A program made the position numbers and the translations under genes. Shown here piece after piece: positions 14,910-25,229 of a stretch of 26,662 nt of DNA (its first letter is position 1; the number at the start of each line of letters is the position of its first letter). The notes below the pieces were generated by a model that made no database searches, had not been told where the DNA came from, and worked only from the letters and a program-made list of their open reading frames with translations. The stretch is from positions 1 through 26,662 of IMG/VR virus record IMGVR_UViG_3300020043_002012; one strand, 5' to 3'. The stretch comes from a virus (lineage: Duplodnaviria; Caudoviricetes).

Positions 14910-15484
14910 TATGCACTCCGAATTAATGAAGCAGAAAATTGCGTTGATTGATTGCCAGATGAGCCTGTTCCTGTGCTTCCAACATACATATATGCTTGAA
15001 TATAATCCGTTGTTCCATTTAAATAAATAATAGTGGATGCAATAGAGCCAGCTTGTGTTCCTGATGAAATATTAATGTTTGAACCATTAATCCAAGGAGA
15101 ACCATTTTTTTGAATACTTACCTGAGCTTCTTGGTTGGTGTTATTAGACCTAACAACGGCATTTACTTGATAATAACCTGCCACATTAGGCAAAAAAGCA
15201 TAAGCTGGAATACTTCCAACAGTTGCATTTGTGTTATTAAAACAAGAAGCTGTATCCCAGTTTTCAGTTTGAAATTGAACTAAAACTGTAACTCCTGAAC
15301 TGTAAGTTTGGGCAGAACTTTGATAAGCACTAAAAGTTGGCATATTACCGCTAACCATTGCTGTTCCTGTTACCGATGGCACAGTAACTAAGTTACCAGT
15401 ACCCGATGCTAACTGTAATACACCTGAGTTATCAGCTTGCTGGGTAAGCCCTGAGCTGACTGTAGCCGTAATAATTGAAGCCAT
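14909..15484 (-). CDS. Short tail fibre with C1q/TNF-like C-terminal domain
   Basis: PTFSAY...FLPNVAGYYQVN...YLNGTTDYIQAY pattern. Confidence 0.72.
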   Translation of the reverse strand: MASIITATVSSGLTQQADNSGVLQLASGTGNLVTVPSVTGTAMVSGNMPTFSAYQSSAQTYSSGVTVLVQFQTENWDTASCFNNTNATVGSIPAYAFLPNVAGYYQVNAVVRSNNTNQEAQVSIQKNGSPWINGSNINISSGTQAGSIASTIIYLNGTTDYIQAYMYVGSTGTGSSGNQSTQFSASLIRSA

Positions 15485-16185
15485 TAATGAGCCTTTCTGA
15501 ATCGTTTAAGTTGAGATTCACTTACTTTTTGTTTAGATGCTTCAGACATTGGTATTCCTTTATTCCAAGATGTGCGAACAATGTTGTGTTCTTTGTAATA
15601 ATTATCTTGAAATACTTGTGCTTCTTCTTTGGTTTTAAATCTACCAATTTGTATTCTTTTTCCGTTAACTGTGGCTCTAGCTTTATATGGCTTAACATCA
15701 TCACAACGATTAATGTGGCTTGCAAACATTGAGCCAACCTTACCTTCTTTGCGACATTTTACACAACTAATTCTTACAGATAGTGCTTGTGCCGCTTTTT
15801 CTGCTATTGGCAAACCTTTGTTCCAAGCTGTCTGAACACCCTTTAAACCTTTGTTCCAAGAAACTTGACCAATGTGGGCTAATGATAAATTTTTCTTTTG
15901 CTCATCGGTAAACTTGTAACCTGATGCACCCGTACCGCCATCGGCTTTGTTAGCTAACTTATAGCCCATATCCCTAAAGCATGAAATCAAAAGTATTTCG
16001 TGGTCAAGTGCTTCGGTTTCTGTATCCCAACGAGCCAGCAGTTCTACATGAGGTCTGCCGTATTTATTGACAATGTTCTGCCAATGAGAGTTACGCCCAT
16101 CCATAGCATACGCACGCCTACGCTTGCCTTTTCCTATGTAGAAAAGACCGCCTTCAGGCTTGTAATGTGCGTAGGTAAAGAACAC
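15484..16185 (-). mobile_element. Free-standing GIY-YIG-like homing endonuclease with NUMOD3 repeats
   Basis: YAH...FYIGKG...R, E..LI, LAN..DGG.G motifs, three WNKG(L/I) repeats and an AP2-like IGRFKTKEEA segment. Confidence 0.82.
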
Positions 16186-16455
16186 TTATGCTACTCCCTT
16201 CGGATACTTAGCTTTGACCGCCAAGCAGTCAGCAATGTATTTATCAATCTGTGCTTGGTCACCCTTTACTACACCATCAATGTAATCGGTGATGAGCGGG
16301 TATTCTGCGGCTCTTTTAGCAATATAAGCATGAGCATCTACATAAGCCTGAACTGCGGCTTTATCGTATGCGACTTCATTGCCGTCTGCATCGTAAGCAA
16401 CATCGCCTACTGTGCGGACTACTTGAGGATATAGTTTATAAATTGCATTAATCAT
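16186..16455 (-). CDS. Putative tail-fibre chaperone
   Basis: Y..KRAAEYP...AVKAKYPK motif; follows a fibre gene. Confidence 0.68.
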   Translation of the reverse strand: MINAIYKLYPQVVRTVGDVAYDADGNEVAYDKAAVQAYVDAHAYIAKRAAEYPLITDYIDGVVKGDQAQIDKYIADCLAVKAKYPKGVA

Positions 16456-17045
16456 GCCGCAATCTCCATAAGTGTCATTGTTGCTATTCCAGCATTAGCA
16501 CTTCCACCATTTCTTCCATTAAAAGATACAGTATTTGAGCCATCATCAGATGAAAAATATAATGTATATGTTGTTGAAGATGTAGTTGCTGGTGAATCTA
16601 AATAAACAATATTTAATGCGGTTGTTATTTGAGGAGTATTACCAGTTGCTCCCAAATGTTGAGTAGTTACAAAATATGTATTGGATGATAAATTATTAGC
16701 ACCCCTATAAATTGTGTATCTATTCAAATTTATTTGAGATGAGCCTTCCATTCCAGAAACAGTAATTAAAATTTTACTTGTTGAACTAGTTGGTGTAATT
16801 GATGCAGAAAATCCTGTTGTTACTAATGATGTGCTTGCGGTAGTTGATGCGTCTGTTTTTACAGATTGAACCACTTGCAACACAGAACCAGTAGGTAATG
16901 CGGCTTTAGGAATAGACTGACCGCTTGAACCTGTGGTTAGGACTGTTCCCGATACGGCTGGTAAGTCCAATACAGTAGTACCAGCAATGGCTGGTTCTTG
17001 TAATGTAACGCTACCCGAAGTTGAGCCTTGTAAGACAATAGACAT
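16452..17045 (-). CDS. Short tail fibre / receptor-binding protein
   Basis: GSVLQVVQ, SITPTSSTSKIL, LDSPATTSSTTY and MTLMEIAA motifs; Ser/Thr-rich; AAGGAG RBS. Confidence 0.75.
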   Translation of the reverse strand: MSIVLQGSTSGSVTLQEPAIAGTTVLDLPAVSGTVLTTGSSGQSIPKAALPTGSVLQVVQSVKTDASTTASTSLVTTGFSASITPTSSTSKILITVSGMEGSSQINLNRYTIYRGANNLSSNTYFVTTQHLGATGNTPQITTALNIVYLDSPATTSSTTYTLYFSSDDGSNTVSFNGRNGGSANAGIATMTLMEIAA

Positions 17046-17081
17046 TATTTACTCCTTTTGTATATTTTAGTGGTTTTCATA

Positions 17082-17663
17082 CTAAAGTACCACCCATCTT
17101 TCGCCTGAACTTACTGTTACTGTCACACCACTATTAATGGTGATAGGCCCTACGCTTTCGGCTGATTTTCCTGTTGGGATTGTGTAACTTGTAGTAACGA
17201 TTCTTGTGTTCTCCACAAATACAGTATCCCCACCAGCACCCGTAGCCCCACCCCCAAGTTGACCCCATGCACCATTAGCATAGCCTTCAAATTGGTCATA
17301 ATCGGTGTTATAGCGAATTTGTCCATCTACGGGGCTTAAAGGTCTTTGGGCGGTTGTACCAGCAGAAATTAATACAAAGCCTGTGCTAGTAACTGTCACA
17401 TTACCTGTAAAGGTAGGTGTCTTAAACTGAGCAAACTCTACCGCATCGCCAGCTACAGTTCCCGCTACTAAATTAACAATTTTATTTGTATTTAGGTCTA
17501 AGTTCCCTGTCATTGGGGTTTGACCATCTGCCGCTACTGAATCCGTAAGGGCGGCAGCCAAGTCATTCATGGTGTTATTAGCCCATGAGCTAGATATAGT
17601 TGTGCCTGTAACTACGGGATTACCCGCAGGTAGTGAATATACGCCTGACCCGTTTCTACTCAT
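17082..17663 (-). CDS. Tail fibre-anchor / proximal tail protein
   Basis: MSRNGSGVYSLP..NPVV.GTTISS.WAN N-terminus, GTTAQRP..GQIRYNT repeat and C-terminal GPITIN.GVTVTV motif. Confidence 0.72.
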   Translation of the reverse strand: MSRNGSGVYSLPAGNPVVTGTTISSSWANNTMNDLAAALTDSVAADGQTPMTGNLDLNTNKIVNLVAGTVAGDAVEFAQFKTPTFTGNVTVTSTGFVLISAGTTAQRPLSPVDGQIRYNTDYDQFEGYANGAWGQLGGGATGAGGDTVFVENTRIVTTSYTIPTGKSAESVGPITINSGVTVTVSSGERWVVL

Positions 17664-19287
17664 TTGTTGCTCCTATGGCTTTTTGTGCTCCTGCTCCAGC
17701 TAAAAATGGCGAGCCTTGTCTAATAAAATCTGCTAATTTTTGTATTGATTCGGGTCTTTTTGCCATTAAATAAGGCATTGCACTTCTCATATAAGGCATA
17801 TATGGCAAAGCCACAGTACCTAAAGCACCAGCAGCAACACCAGCATATGGTGTTCCCATAACAGTACCAGCACCTAAACCACTACCAATTATAGAATTAA
17901 TAGCGGTTCTTTCTGAAGTTCCTGATGTTGGTATTTTGCTAGGCAAGGTAGAAACAGCAGCATCGCTTAAATCTTGCATCAATGCTTGACCTGTAGCTGT
18001 TTGACCTTTACCTGCTGATTTATCTGCTTGCCGAATAGCTGCGGCTAATTGACTTGGCGTAAAAACATCTTGTGTATTAGCCATTGAGCCAGCAGAACGA
18101 ATACGAGCATAGTTAGCAAAAGCGTTGTTAATATTGTTTAATTCTTGAGCATATTGGGGGTTATTACGAGCTAAGTTTTGACGCAATTCGCCCAAAGCTA
18201 TGTTGTAAGCATTACCCATTAATTTTTGGTCTGCATCAGCACTAGCACTAAATGTTTTGGCTAATGTGCCTAATTTTTCCTCTACTACTTTAAACGCTTC
18301 ACCTTTAATTTTGCCGTCTTTGTCTAACCGATTAGCAATAGTTTCATTTACTATAGTTAATACTTTTTGAGCGTTTTCAGCAGTTAATCCTGTTACTTCG
18401 TTAGGAATGTTGTTTAAATTTTTAGCCAAATCAGCATCAGGTACAAAAGTTACTTTTGGCAACAAATTATTGTAGGCTTTTGTAATCTGTTGCTTAACTT
18501 GCATTACACCTTCACGACCAGTAACTTCAGGTACTTTGCCACCAATAGGCTCTAAAGCCCTACGATAAGCGGCTTTATTAAATTCTTCAATTCCTTTAGT
18601 TCTAGCGTAATTAATAACATCACCTAATAATGGAACGCTTGTAGCCTTATCTTCTAATGTTTTTAGCCATCCACCAGCCATTTGACCTGCTGTTGGGGTA
18701 ATGCCTTCTTTTAACAATAACTGAGTTTCAGGACTAACTTTGGGGGCAAGAATGTTTGCAAATCCACGACCAAGTGCGGTAGCACCAGCACCACCAACTG
18801 CACCAATAGCGGCTTTTTGCGGAATGTTACTAATTGCTTCTTCTTGGGTTTTTAAGGTTTCTTCAGGTGTTAATGCCCCCATTACAGAACCAACGCCTGC
18901 ACCTTGCAAATATGGATTAGCACGAGCAAAGCTAGGAATCATGCTAGCACCTTTTAACAATGCCCCACCACCAATCATTCCACCACCAAATTCACTAGCA
19001 CCAAAAGTAATAGGATTTGCTTCTTGATATGGTTTTATGCGTTGTTGAATGTTTTGTGCTATTTCAGCAGGTCTGCCACCAGCGTATTGTGCTAATGCCA
19101 AAGCGGGATTTATTACACCTTTTCCAGCCCCAACGGCAGCAGATTGCCAAATAGGTAATTCAGGAACAGTAGGTCTAACAGCTTGTGGTTGACCTTTTAA
19201 TGCCATTAAGCCTTCGTCTGAAATTTTAGACAAATCATTGGCTTTTAAAGCCATCAAATCTGAATCAGATAGCTTAGTTAAATCCAT
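17656..19287 (-). CDS. Putative DNA ejection / internal virion protein
   Basis: Ala/Gly-rich helical protein with TM-like stretches at the podoviral ejection-protein position. Confidence 0.6.
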   Translation of the reverse strand: MDLTKLSDSDLMALKANDLSKISDEGLMALKGQPQAVRPTVPELPIWQSAAVGAGKGVINPALALAQYAGGRPAEIAQNIQQRIKPYQEANPITFGASEFGGGMIGGGALLKGASMIPSFARANPYLQGAGVGSVMGALTPEETLKTQEEAISNIPQKAAIGAVGGAGATALGRGFANILAPKVSPETQLLLKEGITPTAGQMAGGWLKTLEDKATSVPLLGDVINYARTKGIEEFNKAAYRRALEPIGGKVPEVTGREGVMQVKQQITKAYNNLLPKVTFVPDADLAKNLNNIPNEVTGLTAENAQKVLTIVNETIANRLDKDGKIKGEAFKVVEEKLGTLAKTFSASADADQKLMGNAYNIALGELRQNLARNNPQYAQELNNINNAFANYARIRSAGSMANTQDVFTPSQLAAAIRQADKSAGKGQTATGQALMQDLSDAAVSTLPSKIPTSGTSERTAINSIIGSGLGAGTVMGTPYAGVAAGALGTVALPYMPYMRSAMPYLMAKRPESIQKLADFIRQGSPFLAGAGAQKAIGATNE

Positions 19288-20456
19288 TATCTTCCACCCC
19301 GTCTGCGAGCAATTTCAGCATCAATAGCTGATTGGCTTGGCATACCACCTGTGTTTTGCAATGGAATACGAATATCAAATGGGAATTCCATTTTTGCTGG
19401 ACCTGATTCAGCTTGTGAAACTTTTTTATTATGAGTTTCAGCTTTATCAATAAGAATTTGTTTGTAAGTATTGATAACTCTAGGCAAAGCAGTAGGGTCG
19501 GTTGCAAGACTACCCATAGATTGTTGCAAAACTCGTTGTTGTTCTTGTGATGGAGAAGCATCCAATTTTTTAAGGTTTTCCATAACATTGGTAAACAATG
19601 CAGAACGCAATTCTTCTGTATTTGCAACTTTACTAGGATTAATGTTTGTACCTAAATTGTTGTTAAAGAATTTTGCAAGTTCAAGTTTTTGCTCACCAAA
19701 GCTACCCGCAAACGATTGAGGAGCAAGTTCTGCCGCTCTATCTAAAGTTCTAATTGCGGTTGGAATGTTTTGCAAAGTTTCAAAGTTTTTAATTAATACT
19801 TCACCCATTTGACCTTGTGCTTTAGACTTAAATGGTTCAAACGCTTGAACATTTGTAATGGCTGTCATGCTTGGTGCACCAGCTTTTTTAAGTCCCATCA
19901 AATATTCTTTATAAGATGGGTTTTTCTGTGCGTATTCAAATTCTTTGATTGCAGAAGGCGTTTCAGGTATTAAATTTTTAGCAATTTGTGGCATAAATTC
20001 TTTACCAGCACCATATTGATTAGTGCGAATTAAACGAGCAGCTTCTGCATAATTTGGCTCTGTTGGTGGCTGATAAGAAATAGGCATTGGCACATTACCT
20101 GTATATGGCCCAGCCATTTCATTAATTTGTGCAGGTTGTGGTGTTAGTGCTTTAATAATGCTTTCTTCTGCTTGTGTTTTACCAGTTTGTACATTACGCA
20201 ACAAATCAGCCATAGCTTTATCGCCTTTTTCGGCAAGGCGTGTTCCTGCGTACATTTGGGCTAGAGGTGCTGCGTATTGGAAAAAACTAGGTGCAACATA
20301 ACGCCCACTTACCATCTGTCCTGACGGCATAGATTGACCTTGTTGCATTAGCAACTGAGCCATTTGTTGTTGGCGGTTTAACGCCTGCTGTTGCTGTAGG
20401 ATTTCAGGTGGTAAATTACCGCCTACATTAATCATGGGCATTTGTCCGTTTGCCAT
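19287..20456 (-). CDS. Putative DNA ejection / internal virion protein
   Basis: Gln/Ala-rich N-terminus; synteny. Confidence 0.55.
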   Translation of the reverse strand: MANGQMPMINVGGNLPPEILQQQQALNRQQQMAQLLMQQGQSMPSGQMVSGRYVAPSFFQYAAPLAQMYAGTRLAEKGDKAMADLLRNVQTGKTQAEESIIKALTPQPAQINEMAGPYTGNVPMPISYQPPTEPNYAEAARLIRTNQYGAGKEFMPQIAKNLIPETPSAIKEFEYAQKNPSYKEYLMGLKKAGAPSMTAITNVQAFEPFKSKAQGQMGEVLIKNFETLQNIPTAIRTLDRAAELAPQSFAGSFGEQKLELAKFFNNNLGTNINPSKVANTEELRSALFTNVMENLKKLDASPSQEQQRVLQQSMGSLATDPTALPRVINTYKQILIDKAETHNKKVSQAESGPAKMEFPFDIRIPLQNTGGMPSQSAIDAEIARRRGGR

Positions 20457-20457
20457 A

Positions 20458-20823
20458 TTAGAACTCCTGTGCCGCTAACATTCTGCTTTGTTGCGAATAT
20501 GGGTCTGTACCATAAGTGTTAGACACATTGTATTGGGTATATGGGTTATAAGTTCCCATACCGCCCATTTGTACATCTCTAGCGTTAATTTGTTCTTGTG
20601 TTTGTGGCTTGCGTAGGGCATTTGCCATAGCTAATTGGTCGTATCCAGCCCCTACTTGTTTACCATCAACTGTCATACCCGCTTGATTGGTCAGATTCAT
20701 ACCTTGTTGCATAGCCTGTTGTTGCATGGCTTGTTGTGTGGCTATGTTTTGCATATACGGGGATAACCCACCTAAATCTTGGGTTTGGGGCATCTGCTGA
20801 ATGTAGGGGTTGTACATATTCAT
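20458..20823 (-). CDS. Gln/Met-rich hypothetical virion protein
   Basis: Coupled ORF in the virion operon. Confidence 0.6.
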   Translation of the reverse strand: MNMYNPYIQQMPQTQDLGGLSPYMQNIATQQAMQQQAMQQGMNLTNQAGMTVDGKQVGAGYDQLAMANALRKPQTQEQINARDVQMGGMGTYNPYTQYNVSNTYGTDPYSQQSRMLAAQEF

Positions 20824-22109
20824 GGTAATAGTCCGTAATCTACGACTTTATAGCCGTCATCTAGGGTTTTAACTGCGTATGGGAACACTTGCTCTACTTC
20901 TTGTGCCATTACACCAACATGAACACCATCACCTGCTAATGGGTGAGATTTAATTTCATCAACATATTCAAAGCTATAAAGGGTTAAGCCGTTAGGCATT
21001 ACGCCTACAGGCTTAATGTTTTCTTTAAGTCTTATGTCTGAAAACATAGGTATTGCAGCAGCACCCATTTGAAATAAACCTTGATTAAGGTTAGCTTGGG
21101 CGGCTTGTTTGGCATTAAAGTCACCCATTTGGGCGTTATATCCCATCTGTGCTGCACCTAATATGTCAGGGCCAGCAGTCGTAGCTTGTTGGGCAGAATT
21201 AACAAATTGTGGGCCTTGTACCTGTGCCCCTGAACGCAACGCATTGAGCATATTTAGTGGTTCATTACGCAAATAAGCGGCTTCTTGTAAACCTTGTGTT
21301 CTTGCTTGCTGACCAACGCCAAAACCTTGCGTGGTAGCACCTAACAATAGGTCATTTTCACGCTGAGCTTGTTGCATCATGGCTCGGTCATACGCTTCAG
21401 AGCCAATGTCTATACCTTGATTTGCTAATCGTTGCTGTAATCGTTCTTGCCCTTGCTGTATTTGTGGGGCAAGCCGTTGCATATAGGCTTCTTGGTATGT
21501 CTGACTAGGATTAAAACCTGTCGATGGCAGTTTGCTTGTATCAAATGGCTTTGCTAATGTGTTTTCAAGATAACCAATACCTGTTTCAGCCAAACCGCCT
21601 GTGCGTTGGCTTAGTCTGTTTTGAATATCTAATAATTGTTGTTGCTCAGGACTTAGAATCTGTCTAGCAGTCCAACCTTGGTCAGGGTTTGCGGGAGCAG
21701 TTAAAAAATCTTCTGCTCTAGGTGGTTTTAAATCTCCTGCACCCTTAGGTACTTCAATGCGGTCACCTGATGGGCCATAAGCAAACTGAAAACCCTCTCG
21801 TGGCATGACTGTTGTTCTAGGTTGCATTGGATTAGTGTCAGTAAGACTATACCCTTCAGGCAATCCACCGCCTTGGCTAGCTTTTTGATAAGACTGATAC
21901 GCTTGTTCGTATGCTCTAGGGTCAAAAGTACCTTGTTGGCTATATACCAACGAACCATATGGGGTAAATTGATTTACACGATTGGCAGCAGCAGCAGCTC
22001 TAGCCGCTTCTAAGTTACCCGCAGAAGTTTCTTGTGCAGCAGCCCTGTAATCAGGAGCAGCAGGGGCACTTGGAGCAGGCCCTAATCCTAAAAATCCACC
22101 ACCACCCAT
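20820..22109 (-). CDS. Virion (pilot/ejection-like) protein with C-terminal peptidase S74 intramolecular chaperone domain
   Basis: N-terminal APAAPDY...NQFTPYG; C-terminal SDIRLKENI...GVMAQEVE...VDY. Confidence 0.75.
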   Translation of the reverse strand: MGGGGFLGLGPAPSAPAAPDYRAAAQETSAGNLEAARAAAAANRVNQFTPYGSLVYSQQGTFDPRAYEQAYQSYQKASQGGGLPEGYSLTDTNPMQPRTTVMPREGFQFAYGPSGDRIEVPKGAGDLKPPRAEDFLTAPANPDQGWTARQILSPEQQQLLDIQNRLSQRTGGLAETGIGYLENTLAKPFDTSKLPSTGFNPSQTYQEAYMQRLAPQIQQGQERLQQRLANQGIDIGSEAYDRAMMQQAQRENDLLLGATTQGFGVGQQARTQGLQEAAYLRNEPLNMLNALRSGAQVQGPQFVNSAQQATTAGPDILGAAQMGYNAQMGDFNAKQAAQANLNQGLFQMGAAAIPMFSDIRLKENIKPVGVMPNGLTLYSFEYVDEIKSHPLAGDGVHVGVMAQEVEQVFPYAVKTLDDGYKVVDYGLLP

Positions 22110-22110
22110 A

Positions 22111-22545
22111 CTATTCTCCCTTGTTTAAAGAGCATCGGATGTTAAGAAACCGACACTCCTCTTTTCTCATAGCCATAATCACTAAATCACCACTCATGTG
22201 GGCATCAGGTATTTCAGCTACAACCTTAAAGCCCAAATGTCGGTTTAACTTTAGGGCGTCTGTGTTATCAGCACAGATTTGCCCTAGTATAACGCTAACT
22301 CCAAGTTTATTAAAGGGGTAATCAAATACCGCCCATATAAAATCTTTACTAGCCCAATGCTCACCAACGCTACCAATATGTATTTCACAAGCCTTTGGCA
22401 TAAAGTTGGTATATCCAGCCACCGCTACTAAATTGCCGTCTTTTAACTGCCCGATACATTGGGTGGTTTCAGGTAGGGGAAAATTGAGGATTCTGACTAG
22501 CCATTCCCCCAAATAGCGTTGATTTTCAGTCGTAACAGTCCTCAA
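22111..22545 (-). CDS. GNAT-fold acetyltransferase-like virion-assembly protein
   Basis: FDYPF..LG, N..ALKLN.HLGF motifs; TTG start at 22545 with GGGGG RBS. Confidence 0.75.
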   Translation of the reverse strand: MRTVTTENQRYLGEWLVRILNFPLPETTQCIGQLKDGNLVAVAGYTNFMPKACEIHIGSVGEHWASKDFIWAVFDYPFNKLGVSVILGQICADNTDALKLNRHLGFKVVAEIPDAHMSGDLVIMAMRKEECRFLNIRCSLNKGE

Positions 22546-24311
22546 ATAACTCCCCCTCTTTCCATTACAAAATCGGTTGATGCCCAATGAAATTCAATAC
22601 CTTGCGATGCCACATTCATACTAACTGACCCTGCATAGCCTAATCCTGTCACGCCTTGCCATATTTTAGTGACCACTAAGCCACCGCCCCAGTTGGCGTT
22701 ATCCCATGTATCTAAGTCCCATTCACCTGTTTGTAGAATAGAAGGGTTAAAGGATATTTGACTAGTCAATTCAACTGTATCAAAATCGGTGCTTAAACCG
22801 CATAAAACAGTCGGTATGCCGTTATCGGTCTGTAGGATAGGGCGTACTAGGGTAAAGCGTTTTTGTTGCCCCCTAGACTCAAAATACGAGTAGGCTTGCT
22901 GTACAAAGCCTTTAATATTAGTTCCAGCGTCGGCAAAAGTGTCGTAAAACTTGCCTACAAAACCAGTTCCACCAAAATACATATCGTCACCGCTAGATTC
23001 CCAGCAGTTAGCACTAATATTGGTAAATCTTCCCCATGACTTTGTAATATTGTGCATTACATACTGCTCAGAACCCCCTGTTACGGGGATATTAAGAATC
23101 AACATATTGTGTTTAGCAAAGTAATTCATTTGCCAGCCGTAATTTGTAGAGTATTGGTCGGCAGCTTGGTTAATTGCGTAGAAAATCTTGTCTGTAATGT
23201 TAACTCGTGGGTCTAAACGGGTAGATTGCAAGCCTGCCGATAAAGGTACAAGTCCATCTTCGGTCAAAAGTAGAATGTCACCACCAAATTTGAACACGCA
23301 TTTACGGGCAAAAGTCTGTCCAATGTTCCAAATACCGACCAAAGCCCAATCATCTACATCGGATGGGTTAGAACCCTTGTAAACGGCCACTTCTCCGTTA
23401 CTTGTAACGAATACGGCTAAGTCATCGACCCCGTAACCTGCGTCAATAGTCCAAGTTCCCATCGCTTGTAGGTAGCCACCCTTTTTAAAGATGCCACCAA
23501 GGGGAAACTCGGTTACTGCCCCGTTAATTGAATCTACGCCTAAATACCAAAAAGACAAACTGTTCTTTTCTACAAAGTACAGACGCTCTTTAAACAAGTT
23601 GACATAAGCAAATGTATTAGAATTTTTACCTGTAATGTAGTAATCAATGGTGTAAGTACCCATAACAGTTGCATCACCGCTTGGGGCGGTTGCCATTACA
23701 TAAGTTAAAGTAGTTCCACCCGTTACAGTAATTCGAAAAGTTCCGTTAAATTGGGCGGGTGTTGCCCCTGCGACTGTTATGGTGTTACCTGTAACGAGGT
23801 TATGGGCACTTGCAGTCGTTAGGGTAGCGGTTAAATTACCCGTTCCACCCCTAGTAATAGTAGAAATAGTTTCTGCTGTATCAGTTGTAGCACTTCTTGA
23901 CCATCTAGTACCATCATAAACGACCATTGGGTCAATTCCGTTGACAGCAGGCATAAACGAACCACCCGCAGTCGTAATCATGGAATGTATCCATTTACCA
24001 TCGGTGTTCCCTGTAAGACTTGAGGTAGCCGTAGAGGTACTGGCATCATAAATAATGGTAGCGGTAGATGCAAACAGCTTATTACCCGTTGGGCTAGAGT
24101 AATTCATTAAAGATAAAACAGCCCCAGTAATGCCTATAGATACTTTAGAGTAGCCTTTTCTAAGGGTTACATCCGTAGGTGTAGGAAAGAAATTAACCAT
24201 CTGAACCGCATCAAGTGGGTTCATTTCAGCCAAAGAATCTCTAGCGTTCCAACCCCCAATGGGGGATGGTAGAGAAGCTGTAACTGCCCGTCTTTGTTGA
24301 GCGACTGCCAT
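22542..24311 (-). CDS. Tail nozzle / packaged-DNA stabilisation protein
   Basis: PSPIGGWNARD start, beta-rich 589 aa, position after the adaptor gene. Confidence 0.72.
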   Translation of the reverse strand: MAVAQQRRAVTASLPSPIGGWNARDSLAEMNPLDAVQMVNFFPTPTDVTLRKGYSKVSIGITGAVLSLMNYSSPTGNKLFASTATIIYDASTSTATSSLTGNTDGKWIHSMITTAGGSFMPAVNGIDPMVVYDGTRWSRSATTDTAETISTITRGGTGNLTATLTTASAHNLVTGNTITVAGATPAQFNGTFRITVTGGTTLTYVMATAPSGDATVMGTYTIDYYITGKNSNTFAYVNLFKERLYFVEKNSLSFWYLGVDSINGAVTEFPLGGIFKKGGYLQAMGTWTIDAGYGVDDLAVFVTSNGEVAVYKGSNPSDVDDWALVGIWNIGQTFARKCVFKFGGDILLLTEDGLVPLSAGLQSTRLDPRVNITDKIFYAINQAADQYSTNYGWQMNYFAKHNMLILNIPVTGGSEQYVMHNITKSWGRFTNISANCWESSGDDMYFGGTGFVGKFYDTFADAGTNIKGFVQQAYSYFESRGQQKRFTLVRPILQTDNGIPTVLCGLSTDFDTVELTSQISFNPSILQTGEWDLDTWDNANWGGGLVVTKIWQGVTGLGYAGSVSMNVASQGIEFHWASTDFVMERGGVI

Positions 24312-25228
24312 TATGTCCCGTAGCCAGTATCAGGTATATTAGCGTAACCAATCAGCACTTTGCTTGGATATGGTGCAAACGACAGGGTGGCAGAGCCTTT
24401 ATCGTTGGCTTTAGCAACATTCAGATAGCGGAAATAGTCTTGTTGCAATGCGGTAGTATCAAATCCTTTGATTTGGAAATACTTAAGTTTTGTACCTAAA
24501 ACTAAGACTGTATCGTCAAATATGGTCGTGTCTGTGTCAGCCGTAAAGCTATTCTTTACTTGGTCTGTAGCACTTCTAGCCCAACCTTTTGAGCGGTATT
24601 CAAAACCTAAATACTCTTGTGTGTTATATGGTGGCCAAATTTGGAACTTATTGCCTAGAATACGCCACCGAATACGAGGACCTGTTGATATATAACCCGA
24701 CTTTAGCCATTGCCATTGTTGGGCATCTTCAGGGCCAAGCATCTGCCAATGCTTTGTTTTGTCCCAATGGGTATTATCCGTAATGGTTTCAAAGTCAGGC
24801 GGTAATGGGTATTTGGTCTGTGAAAAGGTAAAAGTTACGCCTGTGTATGTGCCACTAGCTAATTGGCTCATTACAATCGTAGAAGTTGTGCCATTAAAGG
24901 TAACCGAGGATACATAAGTGTCTTGGTTAATGCCTGTGCCTGTAATAGAAAAATTGCCATTTAAAGCTGTAGCGTTACCCGTTACAACAATGTTATAACT
25001 TTGGTCGCTAATTGTATTACCTACAAAAGTCTGTGCATCGGTATAGAAACGATACTCCAACTGTAATGCTTGCCAATCATATTCTTTAACCAAGTCATAA
25101 CCTTGACGATTCATTAAAGCTAAAACCTGTTGTACATCCTGATTGGTATTACCCGCCACATAGGTGGGGATAGCAAGGTTTAATTCGCTTGTGGTCTGTT
25201 GCACCAGTTGGAGCATCGTTGATGACAT
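24311..25228 (-). CDS. Head-tail adaptor / tail tubular protein
   Basis: Helical N- and C-termini, YPLPPDF motif, synteny. Confidence 0.65.
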   Translation of the reverse strand: MSSTMLQLVQQTTSELNLAIPTYVAGNTNQDVQQVLALMNRQGYDLVKEYDWQALQLEYRFYTDAQTFVGNTISDQSYNIVVTGNATALNGNFSITGTGINQDTYVSSVTFNGTTSTIVMSQLASGTYTGVTFTFSQTKYPLPPDFETITDNTHWDKTKHWQMLGPEDAQQWQWLKSGYISTGPRIRWRILGNKFQIWPPYNTQEYLGFEYRSKGWARSATDQVKNSFTADTDTTIFDDTVLVLGTKLKYFQIKGFDTTALQQDYFRYLNVAKANDKGSATLSFAPYPSKVLIGYANIPDTGYGT

Positions 25229-25229
25229 A

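Noticed and set aside
13428-17045. Diversity-generating retroelement or invertible fibre switch
   Set aside because: No reverse transcriptase, invertase or template/variable repeat pair visible; all cassettes are co-oriented.
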